NCBI RefSeq assembly: GCF_003704095.1
Contig: NW_020845743.1
Location: 1 to 62,335 of the forward strand
Length of the DNA stretch: 62,335 bases
Reading direction: 5' to 3'
From: Pocillopora damicornis
Taxonomy: Eukaryota
Below, piece by piece: positions 12,901-25,113 of the stretch (its first letter is position 1; the number at the start of each line of letters is the position of its first letter). The translations under genes and the position numbers were made by a program. Below the pieces are notes generated by a model, which saw only the letters and a program-made list of their open reading frames with translations, did no database searches and was not told the origin of the DNA.

Positions 12901-15510
12901 AAAGAATATAACAAAATTACGACTTTTATGGAGGATAATTTCTCACTCGTCATATTAATTTTACTTGAATTAGCTTTGCCTTAGAGACTACAACATTTAA
13001 CAACAACGAAACGGCGCCAGAACAAAGGCATAGCCTGGAGGAAGGATTAAGATCGAACGCAAGAAAATTATATCATATTCTTTACAAATCTATCGTAAAC
13101 ATATACCGAGGTAGAAGATCCGGTTTATCTCAGTTTTCGATCAATACAAAAACTACTCTTAGCAATTTTCACATATTCATCCCTGTTTGACAATTGTTTG
13201 TATATTTCGGATAGCATGAAAGGAAATTAAATCATGCAAGAATTATGGCTTCTGTAATCACTGAGTTTGAGAAATTAATAATTGTGAAGTGGCCGTGCAA
13301 ACATGAACTGTTCAAACTGTCAGAGATAGAGTTTATTGATTTCACGAGATTGACTCGAAACTGTTCGCGCTCAATGGCTGGTTTCACTTGCAACAAAAAA
13401 AGAAAGAGTTAATTAATTTTCAGATCGATTCTCGCTGAACTGCGAGCGGTGTCAAGTCCTAATTTTCATTTAGTGTAATCAAGGGCAAATAGAGAGTTTT
13501 TATTTGTTTAATAAGCCAACACGCTCGAAGGATTTGAGGCCAAAACAACAGAATTTGAGAATGAAAAACAATATACCAGGATTAGATACGGAACACGGGT
13601 AGTTTTCAATTTTAACCAAATGATATTGGTAACTAGAGTGGAGGCAAAACAGCTAAATTTATCAATTAAGTTCCGTTTCTTTTACCTGAAATTGAATACC
13701 CGTCTCATTTTCAGAAAAGAATAAAAAGGAAGACAGAAAATTACAATACTCTTTAAAATATGGTAAAGCAATTGATAGTCGTTTTTTGCGAAGGAGAATA
13801 AGTGGTGTATTTCATAGTGTTTATATGATCGACCGAGAAACCCTTGAAGTTTGCATCAAAAGTAAATGAGAAATCCAGGTAATACCCATTCCACAGAGAG
13901 GCTTCTTTATTAACTTTTTCTCTTTTTTTTGGCGGACATATTCAGTCAATTTCTAAACAAGAAGACTTTGTAAATCTGTCGACACGATCATTGCGCTTAA
14001 CACAAACCCTTTTAACGTATCGTTTTCCTTAAATTTTGAACTATATAAATTTCAGGTGAAAACAATCGTTTGCTGAATCGCATTTCATACGACTCTCTCC
14101 TAGAATGCCTTGAAAAAATTCAAGGAACGGGTAGTTTACAACCAAATTTTTTATCTTTTGATTCAGTGTAACCTGTTATTCCTTGGTCCGCAAATGCAAA
14201 AATTCCCTTGACCATGTTAAATCAAAAGTTGTTTTACAACGACTCGTTTTTTACATTAAAGATTAGTAAAGAGGGTTTCCTTCCATAAATAGTTATTTTT
14301 GGTGAATTAGAAAAAAAGATGGCCCTCGAGGAAAAGAAAACACAAAACCATGTTATAATTCAGACGATGTTTTAATCGATATCTTTGTGGGGTGAAAACG
14401 TAAGATGATGTTTCCGCGGCGCCGTTTGGTGTTATCGTGTTTTGTGTTTGCAAATGGTTAACTTAGGATTAAACCCTCTCTCAAACGATCACAACTTCGA
14501 TAGATGTGCTTGTAATATGCCGCAACGATGGTCATAATCCTGCAGTGAAAAACTCACTTATTTCGTCACCAACTTGCACAAAAAACTCTCTCTCTCTTCG
14601 AGTGCAACTCAGAAAAGAAAATTTCATGAAATATCTGTTTTTTTCGTCGTCTAGAAATCTATTTTCACTGGGAGATAATTTCATGCAGATGACTTGGATG
14701 TTTATTTACCTTAGGAAAGACATAATAAAACCATTTTATCTCAGAAGTGTATTGTAAACAAACTGCTCTTAGCAAAATGAAAATCAAACATGAATTGATA
14801 GCGCTGTTTAACAAATGGTTACAATCTTTTCCCTTATTAATTGTGCTATTCAAATTGCCTTCACGGTTTCGCAGCTAATTTCCGTCCATCTCTACGTGAC
14901 GTTATGGCTTTTAACTTACCTTTCAAAGCCTTATCTGATATTGTACTCAAATGGGAGACATCTGCGAATAATTTGAAATAGATTTAGGCTCACCTTATAA
15001 AATTTGTTTGCCTTAATTTGACACTGAGGGTAGAATTCTAAACACGTGGGAGAGGTATTTCGGGTGAAAACAATAAACTTTCGAAGATCTAAATTCCACA
15101 TTTTTTCAGCGTAGCGAAACAGCAGAGCTTCTTTTTACAATCACTACACAATCCGTGCAATAAACAGTGTCGTTTTGTTCCTGTTTAAGTGTACAGACCA
15201 AAGGAAAAGTTTTTATACGGCCTAATTACAAAGAACACCACCTTAATGAGGTAATTATTGGATAGGATATGGGAGAGTAAACCTTTTTGATGCTAATGTG
15301 TGAATAAATCTCCGATAGCCCCAGGGAGGGTAGTTGTTATAAGTGGTTATAGCACAGGTGGGTGGTCCCGGTGTACGTTGACTTATTCAAACAACTTTTG
15401 CCGACTGAAAACACATCTTCGCCACCTTCCAAGGATTCAGTTCACTCCGTGCAGCAAACTCCGTTTGGCCGTGCGTGCAAGCGTGCGTCCGTGCATCAAT
15501 AAACACTTCA

Positions 15511-16386
15511 ATGGCTTTCCAAGAGAATTTTAAACACGATGACGAGGAGATGTTGGCAGATCAAAGTTTTAAAACTGCCAAAAGCGACGATGAACACAAT
15601 GAAATCCTCACGGAGAGAGAACCGGACGAAGATGAAGACGAAGGTCAAGAAAAAAACGATTCAAGTTTAAGACAGCAAAGCTCTACCAGTGAAAACCGAA
15701 GACAATCGTCTATGTCCAAACCACCCTACTCTTACATCGCTCTGATCACAATGGCTATTCTGCAATCACCGCAAAGAAAACTCACCCTAAGTGAAATCTG
15801 CGACTTCATCAAGCGCCGTTTTCCGTATTACCGCGAAAAGTTCCCCTCGTGGCAAAATTCCATAAGGCATAACCTCTCTCTGAACGATTGTTTCATGAAA
15901 ATGCCGCGCGAACCGGGAAATCCTGGCAAAGGAAACTACTGGACATTGGATCCTGCCAGCGAGGGAATGTTCGATAACGGCAGTTTTCTGAGGAGGAGGA
16001 AAAGATTTAAGAGACCGCGGCCACCTGAGGGAGCCGTCAGCGCCTTTGGGTTTCAGTACTACTGGAATTGCATGGACTCTTCAAGCTGGCGACCGCCTCT
16101 GTACTCACATTTCTCAGTTCCAAGGTACCTGACATGTTTACCGCCAGCTCTCGGCAGATCAACAGACCCGCCTGTGTCAAGAGAAAGGCAAAGACCTGCA
16201 AAATTCTCCATCGCGAGTATCATCGGCTCGGAGACGGAAGAACACCGACCGCCGAATAGCAAAGTAAGCCCTTCCTTGTCGTGTTGTTCTAACGTGCGTT
16301 CGAGTTACAGCAACACTGTTAGACCTTGCATTGTATCACCAAGTTCCTACTGTACATACTGCAGCCAAATGGCTGGGAAACGGTAG
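15511..16386 (+). CDS. foxD: Forkhead box D transcription factor (single exon)
   Basis: First ATG at 15511; acidic N-terminus. Forkhead domain [59 protein letters not shown]...[14 protein letters not shown] is FoxD-diagnostic. C-terminal eh1 motif FSIASII. Confidence 0.95.
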   Translation: MAFQENFKHDDEEMLADQSFKTAKSDDEHNEILTEREPDEDEDEGQEKNDSSLRQQSSTSENRRQSSMSKPPYSYIALITMAILQSPQRKLTLSEICDFIKRRFPYYREKFPSWQNSIRHNLSLNDCFMKMPREPGNPGKGNYWTLDPASEGMFDNGSFLRRRKRFKRPRPPEGAVSAFGFQYYWNCMDSSSWRPPLYSHFSVPRYLTCLPPALGRSTDPPVSRERQRPAKFSIASIIGSETEEHRPPNSKVSPSLSCCSNVRSSYSNTVRPCIVSPSSYCTYCSQMAGKR

Positions 16387-19300
16387 AACAATTCTCTGAT
16401 TGAGTGAACTATGCGGCACTGTAGTGTTTCTGGATAATTTCAGTTACTCTCCAAAGATGTGGTAAGGGAAATGTCTATTATTCTACAAATATGACTGTCA
16501 TTTCTGATCGTTTAATGATCAGTTTTGAGGAGAAAGTTTATATTAAGAAATGTAAAAGGAAAATTGTTGAAACAACTATGATTGAGAATTTATCAAAGGA
16601 AAATCACAATACTTCCTTATGAAATAATTGAGGAAAATTTTTGAATCATAAAAACCTGTGATACAGTCATCTTGTTTCTTAAGATTTTATTTTTGACGTT
16701 TCACTGCTGTAGAATATCCCAAAGAAAACGAATGGTGAAGTAGATTGTTCTTGAGAGGCTAACCCACTATATTATCAAAGCAATCAAGCAAAAAATTCCA
16801 GAATAAAATCAGCTACGATGTGTGGGAGTTGACGAAATGAACGAAAGCAGTCTTTTAATTTCGAATACCGTTGCAGAAGAACCAGTTTCTATTTGAAGTA
16901 AATGAAATAGATAAACTGTAATTTTAACCGTGCAACCGTTCAGAATTTAGTGAATTGTGTAAATAAAAAAGTGATTGTGAAACAATACTTAAAGCCCTCG
17001 AAAGAACGGTTTCAAAATAAATTGAACCAGTCAAGAAAAGATGAAGTTTGAACGTTTATTGTTTTCAAAAACGTAGGTATTCTCTCGGTATTGCACGCAC
17101 CAAAACAAATTACCTTCTCATTTCAATTTATTTGTTATTTTTCCTCTGTGGCTAAGTTTTTGTAATGAAAACTTATTGTAATACGAAATAATTCATGCTG
17201 CTACAGATGTTAGCCAAGCCTAAAATTTAGCCATTTATCATTTGGCGAGCATTAAATGTAAACAAAAAAAGTCATTAGTCACTCCGCGTTATCGCTATCA
17301 GTTTTGTGAAAGCAGCCAATTCACGTTGCAATTGCTCAAAGCTACCGAAAAACAAATTGAAATCTTACAAAGCGACAATTACGAATACTTATTTAGTGAT
17401 CAGTGCGAAACGCGTTTCATACTCGACATTTGTGTTTTTTATATTACACAAAATTAGCGAAATAGGAATCGCAAAATTGCTAATTAAGTTTTAGGGGCAT
17501 TAGTCCAAAACAAACTCCCTTCGAGGTAGTTGGGGCCGAACGCGGCTTACAATTCTTATCTCCCTGTTTAGATGCCGTTTTCAAGTTAGATTTTCGAAAT
17601 TTTCGAAGGAAGACTGAACACTTCGTTTAGAGAAGAGAATTTTTTAGAGAAAAGCCCTAGTTAATTGGTCGAAACATCACGAAAAGAAAATATATACTTT
17701 TCAGGATCTGGCGGTTTTAAGAAGAACTTTTTGGCGACGCAATCACTGCAGGGGTAGTGGGAAATGCTCAGTGAACATCTGCACACAATTGGTCGCTTTC
17801 ACACGAACTGTTTTAGTCTAAGCCCAACGGCGCTAAAAAGAACCGTAAACTACCAAAACAAATAACCTTTACTTATAACTTTTCTCCTCAGGGAAGACGC
17901 ACAAAAGAAACCGTTTAAGAATTGAATTGTTCGATCTTATTATTTCAGATGGTTTACTTGTTAAGCTGGAGTGTTTACCTTTTAAAGATGTTTTTGAATG
18001 GGCGCTGTTCGTTTTGGTAAGAAAAACAGCATTGTGGTATGAAGTAGATCAAAGGATTGAAAAATTATCACTCGTTGAGTGATAGAAGTGTGTTGTCGCG
18101 CGCAAAAAGTATTTCTTGTGCCAAGTTAGATCATCAGTACTATTATTCTTTCCTCCTCCTTCAGTCTAATAATAACTTTAAGATCACCGAAAGCTCAGCA
18201 GTTAATCTCAGAAAAAAATTATTTTGGCACAATTTTCCTGGAGTTGAAACCCATCAACTACAGAAACCTTTCAAATTTGGTTTATTTCAAAACAACAAAA
18301 ACTGTACTGATTTTGTCACACTCCTCCACTGCTAAATGGCCCAATATCATTTCGCTTTGTGTCAAAAGCTTTACAATCAGATGTCACGAAGTACATTGTA
18401 CCCTGACTAACAAATCAATGAACACGGAGAATCTTAAAGCAATTATAAGCTTGGAGTCGAAGCACTTACAGACGCCTTGTACTCAATTGTTTAGAGACCA
18501 AAACTTGCGCGAAAGGTTAAGAACTTTTGTAGTCGCCGCCGGTAAATGATTTATTACATGAAATGCTCTCACATGGAATAAAAAAACTACACGAAACAAA
18601 ATTTCTGGATCATTCTCAGTATGAGAAAAACAGTTTGGATTTGATTTATATGCGCATCTATCTCGAATATTCGATCGTATCATCATGGTATTCCGGAAAA
18701 GTTATGTTCCTCTCGGATAAATAAAACAACCCTGCCGAATATCTACCCACGAACTGAGAGAGTTTGGTTCAACTGAGAATATTTATATAGCTTATCGTCT
18801 TTCATTCATAGCAATAAATTTTTGGCGAAGACCCTTTTCAACAGGCAGCCCACAGTTTTCGACGGAAACAAACTAAGACAGTTCACGACGTGGTCAGACC
18901 TGTTAAAATAAATCTTACATATGTGTAACCGTAGAAGTGTCATGTACAACGTTCTGTTTTATCTGAGATAAAAAATATCAATTCTCATTACTTAATGCGT
19001 CAATTTTTCTTTAAGTCATTACTGAGAATTTTTGTGGATCACAATGCAAATCTTGGAACACTGCCTGATCGATTAGCAATAAATTCACAACGAAAGAGCA
19101 ATATCAGTTTAATTGGCGATTGTTACAGTTTTGTTTGCCTCACGTGCACGTGTTCCCACTAAATTCTTGAAATTATTTGCAATAGAATGGGTATATCGGC
19201 TTTCATGAATATATGGCCGGGTCTAAGAAAATCAAGAGAGGAAAGCATGTAACAACAGACTAAGATAACATTACGCTGAAGTGGAGTTGCATTTTGTTGT

Positions 19301-22300
19301 AGCTTAAACTATATAATAACATCAAATGAGAGGTGTCCTTTCTGCCACACATGTGGGACTTCAAAATGGCTAAAACCGCCTGCCTACCTTTATGGTGGAG
19401 AACTGAAGATCCTAGTAAAATATTCGTCTTAGTGAGAGAAAGACAGCGAGTCCTGGCTTTGTTCAAGCTACACTAAATTTGCGAAATGTCTCTCAACAAA
19501 TTGTCTGTATGACTTTAACAACTTCAAATGATAATACTTAATTGTGCGAGCAAATGTCTCCTCGTAGGTCAGAAACAGGTCAACGAGTGTATGCATAGGG
19601 TACACTTGATTGCAATAGAATATGAACTTCATCCTAAGCGCCCTCACTTTTCGTAAAAATCACCATAGTTTCTGTACTCCATTAATCACATTTGGATGTA
19701 CCCGTGTACACGTCTCTCTCTTGACAATAATTGTTAGCGAGTTTTGAGTTACATATCATCGTTTATTATTTAAGCAAAGTTAAATAAAATGTACTATTTT
19801 CATTTTGCTACTGATTTAAAAAGGCAGATTATAATTATTGATCCACCCTTGAGCAAAGTATAACACTTAATCTGTTTAAGGAAGTATTCTCTAATACGTA
19901 GAAATTCTGAGGGGGGAAATATATCCTTGAAAGTGTTACTAGCTCAAAATTGAAGTTTGTATACAGTTGTTTATCGGAAATATCTCTAGATCCGAAAATT
20001 ATTTTCCATTGAGGTTTAATTCGCGCTTTAGAGGTCTCTTAACAGATATAATGATAAAAATTTCCTCTTATTTTGATCGGTAATTCACGTTTCTTCAAAG
20101 GCATACATCGCAGCTAATTGTGCAATATTTATTTGCAGTTACTTTTCATAAACAGTGGTCGAGAACGTTCCTCTGAGTTTCCGATCCTTTTTTTTTTGCC
20201 TCTTATCTCGTTATCCACGACAACTCAGTTGTATTTGATTAGTAAGTCGCCGGTCAAACTTAGTCCCAAACGCACCCTGATGTGTGGAGTTGAGTTAAGA
20301 TAAATACAAATTTCCATTTGTTTAGAAAACTCAAATAAAATTGTTTTCAAAAGAACAGAAGTGTTGTGCAATTAGTTTCCCACGACAAAGATAAGTCAAC
20401 TGTACTTCTAAATAAAAGCTAATAAAATAACTCGGAATATTTTGTCCTTCACGGATTTGCTGCTACATGCGTGAGCAGTTTTAATCATCAGTTTAACATT
20501 ACATCTGTAGTCTGAACGTTTGGACGCGAAAAACTCTAGCAAAGAACTCCAGAAAGGACTGAAAAATAGCTGATGAAAAACGTTACAGTTCTAAGAAGCA
20601 CAATCAGCAACAGATGAAATATTGATAACGCTTCGAACCTTAAAACGATTAGAACAAAGAACCCTTCGAGACCAAAGCATCTGTTTATCTTACACTATAC
20701 TTTTGTATATCTAAAGAAGTGAGCTGTTTGCATAAGTAATAAACCATAATCAGCTTTCTTACCAGCGTAAACTACGTTAAAAAGTAACTTGTAACGTAAA
20801 TAAAATTTTTGCAAAACAAAAATTCATTTTTCATTTACTCCGCACAACAAAAACGTTGCTGGTTCTACGCTTTTAATTTCTCATTTAATTCAAATCATAC
20901 ATAACAAAAGTGATACACCGTGCACAGCTTACGTTTTCCCAAGAATTATTATAACTTTTAATAAAAATGTTTGCGTTTAACAAAAGGGTTTCTTTTGTTA
21001 CAAAGTTAACCGCTATAACAAAACACTGTTGATTGAGTCAAAGCGACGCGTACATTGCAAGGAACGCACTGCTCTGTAGGATTTTTACGATTTGAGTTTA
21101 AAATACAATATTCCGGTTTCCTTTGGTAATATAAAGGAAACTGGATTATAGCGCACATCACAACTGAAAAATTCTTACGTTAGGGCAAATTTAACAGCGT
21201 TTTATAATTCATTCAGTCTTAGCGAAATGTCTTCCCTTTGAATAACGGCTGTTTCTTTGAAATCATCGGGGAAATGAAACAAGATTTATTAAGTACTGCC
21301 GATTCTTTTATCATCAATTGCTTTCATCAAAACCAATTATTTTAAGTACCAATAGTTTTTTAAACAACTGCGCGGGTAACAGTCTGGCAGTTGACAACAA
21401 ATGAACGTCAACTTTTTATTTCCATGAATGGAAGCCATAAAAAAAATGCACATCGCGCGTGGCGACTGAAGCAAAATATTGAACGTAAATTCGTAACAGA
21501 TTCTCGCAGAGGGATGAATCCGCCTTTGTCTGATAGACAAATAAAATCGATGATTATGAACCTTCAAGTATCTAGTGTATCATGCTATCCTTCAATTTGA
21601 AGAGATAAGTTTTAATCGAAGTTGGTAAAATCAAGCATCCTTCAAGGGCGATGTATCTACAATCATCTGGTAACAAATGAATTCGCTTGATTATCTGGTA
21701 GACATGTTAAATCAAGTTTTTTTTTCTTGAGCATGACGTTTATAGAGCTATATTTCAATTTGAAGAGATAGTTTAAATCACAGTTACATGTATTAAAATC
21801 GAGACATAGATTCAGAGCAAAGTATCTTGGTCTGGCATTACATCTCCTTTCAGCCAGCAAAAAAGGAATCGCTTGTCATAAGGTGTGTAAACATATCCTT
21901 TGAATTAAGGCAATGAGTTTCAAAATAAATATGTCAAGTCGATATATCAAAATAATACCGAATCGCGAAGATAGCATTTCATCTGCAACACATATAAATA
22001 AAATTTTACAGACATAAAGTAAGCTATGTTGGGTAATAATTCGATTTAAAGTACTTTTCGGGTGTAGTTCCAGGAATTCTTCGTTAAAAATGGTTTAATA
22101 AATTTCCCTCGTACATCTTAATTATTTAATTCATTTGGAACTATAGAAACAATAAAAACCTCGTATAATTAGCCGAGACATTTGCATGAATTTTCTACAA
22201 ACGCCGCATTTGTTACTTCAAAAGTTAAGTATAAGGAAGTTTCAAAAGACAAAAAGATTGATTCTCTCTCTTAAGGGGGCATCATTTAAATTGTAAATAT

Positions 22301-23002
22301 AAAAGTAATTAACAGTCTGACAGAGCTTGAATGCTCTGCTGGATAACCATGCAATCATGCGCCTTTTTCCGTTTCCTGAATTTAAAACAATGGCAAGAGT
22401 ACAGATTTCGCCATAAGAATAAAATTCATTGTCTTAAGTTTGAAGTATTCTCTAGTCTGGTCTGGGTCGTTTTATCGATTGCACTGAAAACCCCGTTAGT
22501 CAAACTAAAAATTTCCACAATTAATTGCCATATATTTCTATTGATTCTAGTTGTAGGAATTGGAATTTTCATGCTGATAAGACAGCAAGTAATTGCTTGA
22601 TAAACTATTCTCAAATTGTGAGGGAAATTAGTGACTGATGACTCTAGGAAATTAATAGCAGGTGAAGAACAAATATTAAAATGTTCGTCTAAATGTAATT
22701 TGTTAATCAACTACTGTCTGTGTCAGTGCGATTGGACAGTGTGCTGTAAGAACGTTATTTTCTCATGGTTTCACTTAACGCTTTGAAATAACTGTCGCGG
22801 CAAATTTAGGGCTTCACACTTTATTGACTTTTTCATTAAACTGAAATTAGCGTTCATTGTGGTTGCAACGAATCGCGGATTACCGGTGCTTGGTTAACAC
22901 GGAGAATGATTGCTGCGTTCTTTTATATTCATCCTCTATTTAACCATTTCAAAACGTTGTGCTCAGTTGAAAGCGATAGGGAGAGCTAATCTCGGTCAAA
23001 AG

Positions 23003-23749
23003 ATGAACCACGAGTCTAACGAAAAGCCCGTCATCCCGAGGAAAGCTTTGAAGGAGATAAGACCGAAGCTTGGTGATAAATTAAATAATTTGGACCAATC
23101 GGCGGAATTGGCAGAAAGGAAGAAGGGAAAGCCACCATATTCGTACATCTCTCTGATAGTTATGGCCATCTTACAATCACCCAATCGCCGTCAAACGTTA
23201 AGTGGCATCATCGAACACATTCAAAAGCAGTTTTCGTATTACAGCGAGAATTGCCCTGCCAAAGGATGGAAAAATTCCATCCGCCACAACCTCTCCCTTA
23301 ATGACTGCTTCGTGAAGACGTTCAGAGATCCGACGAACCCCAGCAAAGGGCACCTGTGGTGTCTTCATCCACAGAGCAAACACATGTTCGAAGGTGGAAG
23401 CTTCATGAGAAGGAAGAAGCGCTTTAGAACTGGCTCTACAGACGAGGAAGAGAGACGCGTTGTGCCTAACAGCAACATTACCCTGACGTCATATCATGAC
23501 GTAGTTCACACGTCACCTCATGACGTCATCTCATCGATGTCCGTGCCGGGTAAAGCTCCATCCAGGCCTTACTTTATGGGGCAAGAAGAATGGAACCGAG
23601 AGTACCGTTACAAAGAGGATCTCGATATGCAAGTAAGTTTGTACAAACACTGTGTTCCGTGGGCAGCACAAGGTGGAAAAGTCAAATTATCGGCTACGAC
23701 TAACAGTGCTCTTTGTCTTATTTGCACCCACTGCACTTGTTTCTATTGA
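23003..23749 (+). CDS. Divergent forkhead box transcription factor (class unassigned; FoxE/FoxD/FoxB-like features)
   Basis: First ATG at 23003. [19 protein letters not shown]...[16 protein letters not shown]...KGHLWCLHP...[14 protein letters not shown]; single exon. Confidence 0.9.
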   Translation: MNHESNEKPVIPRKALKEIRPKLGDKLNNLDQSAELAERKKGKPPYSYISLIVMAILQSPNRRQTLSGIIEHIQKQFSYYSENCPAKGWKNSIRHNLSLNDCFVKTFRDPTNPSKGHLWCLHPQSKHMFEGGSFMRRKKRFRTGSTDEEERRVVPNSNITLTSYHDVVHTSPHDVISSMSVPGKAPSRPYFMGQEEWNREYRYKEDLDMQVSLYKHCVPWAAQGGKVKLSATTNSALCLICTHCTCFY

Positions 23750-24838
23750 TTATAAAAACATGTTACGTGTTTTTTTAACATGGTCTGGAACTATTGATTG
23801 CAAAGAAACTAGCGCACAGTAGATTCCGGTCAAAACTCATGAAACCAACAACAACACAACAATAGTCATAGAACCTCCTTAAGCTCAAAACGAAAACAAG
23901 TAAAATTGCCTGAAGCGCATGAAGACACCCAGTTGCACTTCCCTAAGTTTTAAGAAAAACATTATCATCAGCTAATGAGAACTCATTGAAAAAAACAGGC
24001 AGACTACAAAAAGCGCGGGAAAACGCGGGTAACCAAGGCACGATTGGTATTTGTTTTATGTCTGATTGGCTGAGAGAATGGCACGAGTTTTCTGGACCAA
24101 TCACAGTGTGAGGTAAAGCAAAAACGTAGCAATCCCGAATTATTTTTTGACAGTCCATTGAAAATCGCTCCAAAGCAAAATCAACGCAATCTCGAGTTAT
24201 CTTCGTTAGTCTTCCTTTCTTTTGCAAAAAGAGCAAAGCGATAGACGTGGCTTTAATCACTGTACAGCAATTTTTGACATATTTAAAATACACGATGGAA
24301 AAGTGCACTAATTAGAGTACAATTTTCTTCGTTAAAAAAGGATGTAACCCACCAAAACGAGTTAGCACGTGTAGATTTTAATCTCGTTTCCTTCGGTTAA
24401 ATGAAAAGTAAGAATACAATATATCACTCTTTTCAACTTTTCTGTAGTACACTGAAGTTTGGCTTTCAATGGTGAAATGAATGTCAATATATCAATTTTG
24501 AAGTTCAACTGTAAATTGTGAAATCGATAAAATACGTATTACAATAAAATATTGATTTTACTGTAACATGATAATATATTAGATTAATGAAACAACATCT
24601 TTTCAATAAACAGATTCAATTAAATTCAGAAAAAATTTCGTTTGTTGGGATTCCACGAACACTAGTCTCAACTGCAAAATTGTGATAATATTCTTTGGTA
24701 CTAACTTTATGATATATCAATTAAAAGTTTTGTGATGAAACGAAGATTCAACTGATTGATTTTTTTTGCTTTTCTTTTNNNNNNNNNNNNNNNNNNNNNN
24801 NNNNNNNNNNNNNNNNNNNNNNNNNNNNNNNNNNNNNN

Positions 24839-25111
24839 GGAGGTAGCGGGGTCGTATCTCCCTGGGAGGAAAGCATACCAGGGGGATATAAAAACCCATG
24901 CCATAAAAAACCCATAAGGGGTCATCGGATACCGAATATTTGGGTAAAAAAACTGACGGGATAAGGGATATTTCAAATAGAGATTCCGGGATATTGAACT
25001 TTAGGGATACAGACCACACGAATTAACGGGATACGGGACATTTAAGCCAAAAATTAATAGGATACGAGATACTCAGACCCCCCCCCCTCCCTCCCCCTAA
25101 TGGACCCTCCT
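24839..25111. mobile_element. Probable DNA-transposon end abutting the SGSH stop codon
   Basis: Repeated GGGATA(C/T) motifs and a C-rich terminus; truncated by the N-gap at 24779-24838. Confidence 0.45.
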
Positions 25112-25113
25112 AC

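Noticed and set aside
8172-14853. Short ORFs in the region upstream of FoxD
   Set aside because: No recognisable domains or splice-consistent structure; expected by chance.
15475-15510. ORF-track N-terminal extensions of the Fox genes (15475 and 22910)
   Set aside because: They begin at GTG/TTG; the first ATGs are at 15511 and 23003.
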